NCBI GenBank assembly: GCA_046708025.1
Contig: JBKKDW010000063.1
Location: 1 to 32,103, forward strand
Direction: 5' to 3'
Length of the DNA: 32,103 nt
DNA from: Candidatus Limnocylindrales bacterium
GTDB taxonomy: Bacteria > Chloroflexota > Limnocylindria > Limnocylindrales > CSP1-4
Made by a program: the position numbers and the translations under genes. Positions within the stretch are counted from its first letter, which is position 1. Each line of letters begins with the position of its first letter. Below are positions 26,516 to 32,103 of the stretch, piece by piece. The notes beneath the pieces were generated by a model. It did no database searches. It was not told the origin of the DNA and was given only the letters and a program-made list of their open reading frames with translations.

Positions 26516-26671
26516 TTGACGGCGTGACCGCCGAGATTGAAGACGAGTGCTCTCCTCAACGAACTTCGACTGGCGATGATCAGGGTGCCGGCAATGTCGT
26601 CGGCATACTGGAAGGGAGAGGGTACGCTCGCCCGAACATGATCGTGAAAGATCCCGGGGGCGTCCCGCTGA

Positions 26672-28084
26672 CTAACCGAGCCGGCGCCGGGCGACGGCCA
26701 TGGCGCCCGCAACCCGGCCGGGCGCCGTCCCGCCGACAACGTCGCAGCTGGCCAGCGCGCCGTCGATCCCGGCCGCCGCCCGGAGGGCCTCGCCGACGGC
26801 CGGTTCCTGGGCGAGCTGACGGGCGGTCTCGTCGCCGGCCGCACCCAGGGCCAGACCGACCATCGCGTCGGGGACTTCGTCGAGCCCGAGCCCCGCCTCT
26901 GCAGCCTGGGCGACCAGCGATCCGACGATGTGGTGGGCCGCCCGGAACGGGACGCCTCGGCGGACCAGCGCATCGGCCACGGCCGTGGCGGTCGTGTAGC
27001 CCTCCAGCGCCGCTTCGCGCATCCGTTCGGCGTCCACCTCCAGCGTGTCGAGCAGCCCGCCCAGCACAGCCAGCGATGCCTCGTAGACGGCCACCGCATC
27101 GAACAGCGGTGCCACCCCCTCCTGGAGGTCGCGCTGGTAGGCAAGCGGCAGGCCCTTGAGCAGGGTGAGCGACCCGGTCAGCTCCCCGATGACGCGTGCA
27201 GCGCGGCCGCGGACCAGTTCGGCCGGGTCCGGGTTCTTCTTGTTTGGCATGATCGAGCTGCCGGTCGAGAACGAGTCGGCGACCCGGACGAAGCCGAAAC
27301 GCGGATTGGACCACCAGGTCAGTTCCTCTGCCAGCCGGCTGAGATGGACCATCCCGAGCGCGACGGCGGCCAGCGTCTCGACCACGAAATCGCGGTCCGA
27401 AACCGCGTCCATGGAGTTGGCCGTGACACCCTCGAAGCCGAGCTCGGCCGCCGTCGTCGCCCGATCCAGCGGGTAGCCGGCGCCGGCCAGCGCGCCCGAG
27501 CCAAGCGGCGAGACGTTCATCCGCCGGCACGCATCGGCCAGTCGACCTCGGTCGCGCTCGGCCATCTCGACATAGGCCAGCAGGTGATGGGCGAACAGGA
27601 CGGGTTGGGCCGGCTGGATGTGGGTGGCGCCGGGCAGGACCGCCGACCCGTCGCGGTCGGCCAGATCCAGCACCGACCGCTCGAACGCGACAAGGCCGGC
27701 GTCGAGGCGCTCGATCGCGCGGCGCGTCCAGAGCCGCAGGTCCAGGGCAACCTGATCGTTGCGCGAACGGCCCGTGTGGAGCTTGCCGGCGACCGGCCCC
27801 ACCTTCTCGGCGAGGGCAGCCTCGAGGTTCATGTGGACGTCCTCGAGGGTTGGGTCCCAGGTCATCCGGCCTGCGGCGACGTCCTCGGCCAGGGCCGTCA
27901 GGCCGCCAACCAGGTTACCGACCTCCGCGTCGGTCAGCACGCCCGCCCGTCCCAGGCCGCGCACATGGGCGATCGAGCCCGCGAGATCGTCCGCGGCGAG
28001 CGCCTGGTCGATCTCGATCGACCGGGTGAAGTCGACCGCGCGCGGGTCCGTCTCGCCCGTGAATCGCCCGCCCCAGGTCCGCAT
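26672..28084 (-). CDS. argH: Argininosuccinate lyase
   Basis: ORF 26672..28165 trimmed to ATG 28084 (GGAGG 6 nt upstream). WGGRFTGE, LHTGRSRNDQV, TWWSNPRFGFV, the fumarate-lyase signature GSSIMPNKKNPD, and LPLAYQRDLQE. Confidence 0.93.
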   Translation of the reverse strand: MRTWGGRFTGETDPRAVDFTRSIEIDQALAADDLAGSIAHVRGLGRAGVLTDAEVGNLVGGLTALAEDVAAGRMTWDPTLEDVHMNLEAALAEKVGPVAGKLHTGRSRNDQVALDLRLWTRRAIERLDAGLVAFERSVLDLADRDGSAVLPGATHIQPAQPVLFAHHLLAYVEMAERDRGRLADACRRMNVSPLGSGALAGAGYPLDRATTAAELGFEGVTANSMDAVSDRDFVVETLAAVALGMVHLSRLAEELTWWSNPRFGFVRVADSFSTGSSIMPNKKNPDPAELVRGRAARVIGELTGSLTLLKGLPLAYQRDLQEGVAPLFDAVAVYEASLAVLGGLLDTLEVDAERMREAALEGYTTATAVADALVRRGVPFRAAHHIVGSLVAQAAEAGLGLDEVPDAMVGLALGAAGDETARQLAQEPAVGEALRAAAGIDGALASCDVVGGTAPGRVAGAMAVARRRLG

Positions 28085-28143
28085 CGCCCCTCCGTGTGAG
28101 GTCCGTATGCTACCCGGCCGCCCGTTGCCAAGCGTGCTCGTTG

Positions 28144-28165
28144 TTGGCCTATTCACGTAGGCCAA
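28144..28165. promoter_or_regulatory. Perfect inverted repeat TTGGCCTA-N6-TAGGCCAA in the argH/eamA divergent region
   Basis: Read directly from the sequence. It lies 21 nt upstream of the transporter ATG (28186) and 60 nt upstream of the argH ATG. A TATCAT hexamer (28174-28179) ends 6 nt before the ATG, so its A lies 7 nt downstream of the hexamer, which is compatible with a leaderless transcript. Confidence 0.35.
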
Positions 28166-28185
28166 GGTCGCGCTATCATCGGCCG

Positions 28186-29100
28186 ATGAGCGACCGCGTC
28201 AACTGGCTGATCTTCCTGGCGCTGGGGGTGATGTGGGGCTCGAGCTACCTGTTCATCAAGCTCGCCGTGGACGACTTCGGGACGTTCACCCTGGTTGCCC
28301 TCCGCCTGGCCATCGGCGCGGCGATGCTGTGGATCGTGATCCGCCTGGCCAACCAGGCACTGCCGCGCGAACCCAGGCTCTACGGGCACCTGGTGGTCAT
28401 GGCCCTGGTCAACATCGTGATCCCATTCGCGCTCATCACCTGGGCCGAGCAGTCGGTCGACTCGTCGATCGCGGCGATCCTCACCTCGGCGGTTCCGCTC
28501 TTCGCGATCATCATTGCGCCGATCTTCCTGCACGACGAGCCGATCCGGGTGAATGGCCTGGTGGGCCTGCTGGTCGGCTTTGTCGGCGTCGTGGTGCTGG
28601 CCAGCCGCGAACTCGGCATCGCGGGGTCGGATCTCACCGGCGAGATCGCCCTGCTCGGCGCGGCCCTGAGCTACGGCATCGGGGCGGTCTATGCGCGGCA
28701 CAACATGCGCAGCGTTCCGCCACTGATTCCGGCGGTCTTCCAGGTGACCTTCGCGCTGCTGATCTCGGGCGCGGTCGCGATCCTGTTCGAGCGTCCGTGG
28801 GAGGCCCGTCCTGACGGCGAGGCGATCTTCTCCATCATCTGGCTCGGCGTAGTCGGGTCGGGGCTGGCGTATCTCGCGGTGTTCCGTCTGCTCGCGAGCT
28901 GGGGTGCGACCAGGACCACCATGGTCGCGTACGTCATTCCGGTCGTCGGGATCGTGCTCGGTTTCCTGGTCCTGGCCGAACCGATCGACGGTCGTCACTT
29001 GATCGGGACCGCGCTGGTGATCGGCGGCGTCGGCCTCGTCAGCAGCCGGTTCGGCAAGCGGCGACTGTTCGGGCGCGTGCCACCGGTGGCGCCGACCTGA
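28186..29100 (+). CDS. EamA/DMT-superfamily transporter (10 TM)
   Basis: ORF 28096..29100 trimmed to ATG 28186. It has two EamA repeats: GVMWGSSYLFIKLAV... and ...GVVGSGLAYLAVFRLLASWGATRTTMVAYVIPVVGIVLGFLVLAEP. Confidence 0.85.
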   Translation: MSDRVNWLIFLALGVMWGSSYLFIKLAVDDFGTFTLVALRLAIGAAMLWIVIRLANQALPREPRLYGHLVVMALVNIVIPFALITWAEQSVDSSIAAILTSAVPLFAIIIAPIFLHDEPIRVNGLVGLLVGFVGVVVLASRELGIAGSDLTGEIALLGAALSYGIGAVYARHNMRSVPPLIPAVFQVTFALLISGAVAILFERPWEARPDGEAIFSIIWLGVVGSGLAYLAVFRLLASWGATRTTMVAYVIPVVGIVLGFLVLAEPIDGRHLIGTALVIGGVGLVSSRFGKRRLFGRVPPVAPT

Positions 29101-29127
29101 ACCGCGCTCGGCCGCTGAGCGGCGGAC

Positions 29128-29310
29128 CTAGCCGCCGAGAGCCAGCAGGTCCAGCAGGATCCGCATCGTGGTCGTCCTGCCGGCGCCGTTCGGCCCCGGG
29201 AAACCGAAGATCTCCGACTCGTGCACCTCGAGATCGAGATCGACAATCCCTCGATGAACCCCGTAGGTCCTGGTCAGGGCCTGGGTGTGAATAACCGGGG
29301 TCAGGGTCAC
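29128..29310 (-). pseudogene. 60-codon remnant of an ABC transporter ATP-binding protein (Walker A region only, Lys->Arg)
   Basis: [60 protein letters not shown]. Everything after the Walker A/ILxGL segment is missing, and the Walker A Lys is AGG (29176-29178). G/C third-position bias is relaxed (GTT, ATT, CAT, CGA, GAT, GGT). Its GTG 29310 forms a GTGA overlap with the SRPBCC stop. Confidence 0.7.
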
Positions 29311-29825
29311 GTAGCGTGGCTGGTGCCGCGTTCGGCGTCTTCGGCCCGCTCCTTCAGGACGCGCAGGTGGGCCTCCACCCGGCTGGCCAGCGACGCCCGC
29401 CCGAAGCGAACCAGGATCCCGGTCCAGCGATCGAACGGCTCGAAGGTTGCGGCGTGGATCACGCGCGTGCCGCCGGCGACCGGTTCGAGGCGCCAGCTCC
29501 ACTCGCTGTCGAATCCGGACGCGGTCACCCTGAGCCGAAAGCGTGCATCCGGTCGCGCCTCCAGGCTCTCGACGCGAGCGAGATCGCGCAGCAATCCGAG
29601 GCGCGCCCGGGCGGACCGGGTGGCGGCGGCGGCCGGCCAGGTCGGGGCGGCGGGGCCAAAGTGCAGCTCGGGAAACAGCCCGGTCGTGGCCGCCGGGTCG
29701 TGCAGGGTGGCCCAAACCGTGCGCGGGGCCGCGTGCACGAACACCCGGCGTTCGACCGCGCCGCGCGTCTCGGGAACCGCGCGACCGCGTCGTCCGCGCA
29801 GGCCATCACCCGTCCCGACGGCCAT
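29307..29825 (-). CDS. SRPBCC-superfamily (START/polyketide-cyclase-like) ligand-binding protein
   Basis: ORF 29307..29882 trimmed to ATG 29825, 2 nt after the upstream stop. [20 protein letters not shown]...[16 protein letters not shown]...[21 protein letters not shown]...[13 protein letters not shown] fits the Polyketide_cyc2 pattern. Confidence 0.7.
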   Translation of the reverse strand: MAVGTGDGLRGRRGRAVPETRGAVERRVFVHAAPRTVWATLHDPAATTGLFPELHFGPAAPTWPAAAATRSARARLGLLRDLARVESLEARPDARFRLRVTASGFDSEWSWRLEPVAGGTRVIHAATFEPFDRWTGILVRFGRASLASRVEAHLRVLKERAEDAERGTSHAT

Positions 29826-29827
29826 CC

Positions 29828-30832
29828 TCAACCCCCGATCGGGTGCCAGACCGTCTTCATCTCGAGGAAGGCGGCGATCCATTCGGGGCGCTCGGCGGCG
29901 GCGTCGTCGAGCCAGTCGAAACGGGCCTCGGCGACGGTTGTCGGGCGGCGCAGCAGGCGCTTGATGTCATCGGCGGCGCCCTGCTCGACCGCCAGGCGCA
30001 GGTCGTCCGGGACGCCCCACGTATCGAGTGCGTCGATGTCGGCATGGGTGGCAAGCACCGGCACGAGCTCGGCCCTCCGTCCGGTCAGGACGTTGACCAC
30101 ACCGCCCGGAACATCGGACGTGGCGAGGACCTCGGACAGGGTCACTGCGGGCAGCGGCCGGCGCTCACTGGCGAGGAGCACGACCGTGTTGCCGGTCACG
30201 AGCGGTGGCGCGAGGCGGCTGACCAGCCCGAGCAATGACGAGGTTTCCGGCGCGACGACGCCAACGACACCGGTCGGTTCAGGGATCGTGAAGTTGAAGT
30301 AGGACGCGGCGACCGGATTGGACGATCCCAGCACCTGGCCGATCTTGTCCGCCCAGCCGGCGTACCAGACCCAGCGATCGATGGACCGATCGACGACGGC
30401 GCGGGCGGCACCCGCGGTCAGCCCCTCGGCGGCCGAGACCTCGGCCACGAACTGTTCGCGCCGGCCCTCCATCAGCTCCGCGACCCGGTACAGGATCTGA
30501 CCGCGGTTCATGGCCGTCCTGGCGGCCCACTCGGGGAATGCCTTGCGCGCCGCTCGTACGGCATCGCGCAGGTCCTTGCGTGACGCCCGGCAGGCGTTGG
30601 CGAGTGGCACTCCGTCGGCGCCGGCCACCAGGTAGGAGCGGCCGCTCTCCGTGCGCGGGAACGCCCCGCCGATGTACAGCTTGTAGGTCTTGCGCACCTC
30701 GAGCCGGGCCGGGTCAGCGGCGGCCGTCAGCGCAGTGGCGCCGGTCAGCGCGGCCGCGCCCGCCCGGGCGGCAACCGCCCGCGACGTCCCGTCGCGGGCC
30801 GGCGACGCAGTGCGACGTGCCCGGCTGGCCAT
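29828..30832 (-). CDS. Aldehyde-dehydrogenase-like protein lacking the catalytic domain (NAD-domain + C-terminal strand only)
   Basis: From YKLYIGG to NVLTGRRAELVPVLATHADIDAL it is colinear with the ALDH N-terminal half. It then jumps to the ALDH C-terminal tail FLEMKTVWHPIGG. There is no ELGGK Glu and no GxxCxA Cys. PWNFP is replaced by APETSS and VLKPSE by VLLASE. ATG 30832 shares one base with the upstream ALDH stop; the alternative start is GTG 30697. Confidence 0.8.
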   Translation of the reverse strand: MASRARRTASPARDGTSRAVAARAGAAALTGATALTAAADPARLEVRKTYKLYIGGAFPRTESGRSYLVAGADGVPLANACRASRKDLRDAVRAARKAFPEWAARTAMNRGQILYRVAELMEGRREQFVAEVSAAEGLTAGAARAVVDRSIDRWVWYAGWADKIGQVLGSSNPVAASYFNFTIPEPTGVVGVVAPETSSLLGLVSRLAPPLVTGNTVVLLASERRPLPAVTLSEVLATSDVPGGVVNVLTGRRAELVPVLATHADIDALDTWGVPDDLRLAVEQGAADDIKRLLRRPTTVAEARFDWLDDAAAERPEWIAAFLEMKTVWHPIGG

Positions 30833-32103
30833 CAGCGATCCTCGAGCCGGACGTACGACAGCAGCCCGTGCAGCCCGCCCTCGCGCCCGAACCCGGATTG
30901 CTTGTAGCCGCCGAACGGCGAGGTCGGGTCAAACCGGTTGAAGGTGTTGGCCCATACGACCCCGGCGCGCATCTTGCCGGCGATCTCAAGGATCCGCGAT
31001 CCCTTGTCCGTCCAGATACCGGCCGACAGGCCATAGACCGTGTTGTTGGCCTTCTCGACCGCCTCATCCGGGGTCCGGAAGGTCAGCACCGAGAGGACCG
31101 GCCCGAAGATCTCCTCGCGGGCGATCCGGTGGCTCTGGGCGACGTTGGTGAACAGGGTCGGCCGGAAGAAGTAGCCGCGCTCGGGCAAGTCGCAGGCGGG
31201 TTGGTAGAGCTCGGCGCCCTCGGCCACGCCGGACGCGACCAGCTCGGTGATCTTCTCCAGCTGGCTCTTCGAGTTGATCGCGCCGACGTCCGTGTTCTTG
31301 TCCAGCGGGTCGCCCACCCGAATCGTGGACAGCCGGTCCTTGAGCTTGTCGATCAACGGCTCCACGATCGATTCCTGGGCCAGCAGGCGCGAGCCGGCGC
31401 AGCACACCTCGCCCTGGTTGAAGTAGATCCCGTTCACGATCCCCTCGACCGCCTGGTCGAGCGGCGCATCGTCGAACACGATATTGGCGGCCTTGCCGCC
31501 GAGTTCCAGGGTGAGCACCTTGTCCGTCCCGGCCACGCCCCGAGCGATCCGCTTGCCAATCTCAGTCGAGCCGGTGAAGGCTACCTTGTCCACGCCCGGG
31601 TGGGTCACCAGGGACATGCCGACCTCGCCCGGCCCGGTGATGATATTGACGACGCCGGGCGGCAGGTCGGCCTGACGGCAGACGTCGGCGAACAGGAGTG
31701 CCGAGAGCGGGGTGGTGGATGCCGGCTTGAGGACGACCGTGTTGCCGGCGGCCAGGGCCGGGGCGATCTTCCACGACAACATCAGCAGCGGGAAGTTCCA
31801 CGGGATGATCTGGGCGGCGACGCCGAGCGGCCGCGCGACCCGGCCCGGAAACGCGTACTCGAGCTTGTCCGCCCAACCGGCGTAGTACCAGAAGTGGGCG
31901 GCCGCCAGGGGTACGTCGACATCGCGGCTCTCCTTGATCGGCTTGCCCGAGTCCATCGACTCGAGGACCGCGAACTCGCGCGAGCGCTCCTGGAGGATCC
32001 GGGCGATCCGGAACAAGTACTTGGCGCGCTCCTTGCCCGAGAGGTTGCCCCAGCGCCGCGTTTGCGCACGGCGGGCGGCCCTGACCGCCTTGTCGGCGTC
32101 GGC
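30832..32103 (-). CDS. NAD(P)+-dependent aldehyde dehydrogenase, C-terminal ~423 codons; N-terminus beyond the right edge
   Basis: [31 protein letters not shown], catalytic [11 protein letters not shown] and [35 protein letters not shown]. The frame stays open to position 32103 ([31 protein letters not shown]...). Confidence 0.92.
   Translation of the reverse strand, partial: ADADKAVRAARRAQTRRWGNLSGKERAKYLFRIARILQERSREFAVLESMDSGKPIKESRDVDVPLAAAHFWYYAGWADKLEYAFPGRVARPLGVAAQIIPWNFPLLMLSWKIAPALAAGNTVVLKPASTTPLSALLFADVCRQADLPPGVVNIITGPGEVGMSLVTHPGVDKVAFTGSTEIGKRIARGVAGTDKVLTLELGGKAANIVFDDAPLDQAVEGIVNGIYFNQGEVCCAGSRLLAQESIVEPLIDKLKDRLSTIRVGDPLDKNTDVGAINSKSQLEKITELVASGVAEGAELYQPACDLPERGYFFRPTLFTNVAQSHRIAREEIFGPVLSVLTFRTPDEAVEKANNTVYGLSAGIWTDKGSRILEIAGKMRAGVVWANTFNRFDPTSPFGGYKQSGFGREGGLHGLLSYVRLEDR

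Noticed and set aside
26516-26671. Possible tRNA, riboswitch or sRNA in the 156-bp non-coding gap between argH and lhgO
   Set aside because: There is no T-loop (GTTCGAATC-like) or cloverleaf, and no motif of a riboswitch class I know. Only short, imperfect hairpins are present. It is kept as part of the lhgO-add finding pending an Rfam scan.
30697-30832. Twin-arginine (Tat) signal peptide in the N-terminus of the ALDH-like protein ([15 protein letters not shown]...AAALTGATALTAAA)
   Set aside because: There is no S/T-R-R-x-F-L-K consensus. The 'h-region' is Ala/Thr/Gly-rich with embedded Arg and Asp rather than hydrophobic. The segment may not even be translated if GTG 30697 is the true start.
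1-32103. Search for mobile elements, CRISPR arrays, toxin-antitoxin pairs or defence islands
   Set aside because: I saw no transposase, integrase, recombinase, Cas, restriction or phage-like ORF, no array of regularly spaced repeats, no flanking tRNA, and no compositional island. The only AT-richer stretches are short promoter regions. The window reads as conserved core chromosome.

Overview
This 32.1-kb window is about 70% G+C and very gene-dense. It holds roughly 36 CDS, many with 1-, 4-, 7- or 11-nt start/stop overlaps. It looks like a chromosomal segment of an F420-using high-GC bacterium (Actinomycetota- or Chloroflexota-like); I cannot place it more precisely from sequence alone.

The content is essentially core metabolism, in this order:
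- aceE (partial), an orphan OmpR-type response regulator, pncA and a stand-alone 5'-3' exonuclease.
- A minus-strand mtnP / LLM oxidoreductase / Zn-ribbon membrane protein / IMPase operon.
- A DUF1684 gene, then a tightly coupled PPOX-cofD-cofC-cofE-LLM coenzyme F420 operon.
- trxB, a SAM methyltransferase, a fused ABC exporter, OsmC and DUF4395.
- An argC-argJ-argB-argR-argG operon with a recognisable tandem ARG-box operator.
- A frameshift-split GAF histidine kinase, then lhgO-add and argH on the opposite strand.
- An EamA transporter, then a minus-strand ALDH / ALDH-like / SRPBCC / truncated-ABC-ATPase string (the ALDH runs off the right edge).

I found no rRNA, tRNA, CRISPR array, transposase, integrase, phage gene or recognisable defence gene. 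I do not see a convincing novel multi-gene system. The long ORFs antisense to recognised genes are high-GC shadow ORFs.

The items most worth a second look are:
1. The F420 operon has a stand-alone CofE flanked by two coupled oxidoreductases. These are positional candidates for the unassigned dehydro-F420-0 reduction step.
2. A full aldehyde dehydrogenase is translationally coupled to a paralogue that lacks the whole catalytic domain.
3. A GAF sensor kinase is broken by a single-base frameshift exactly at the GAF/H-box junction.
4. A perfect-register 2 x 22-bp tandem repeat abuts the ARG boxes upstream of argC.
5. A decaying ABC-ATPase stub marks a deletion scar.
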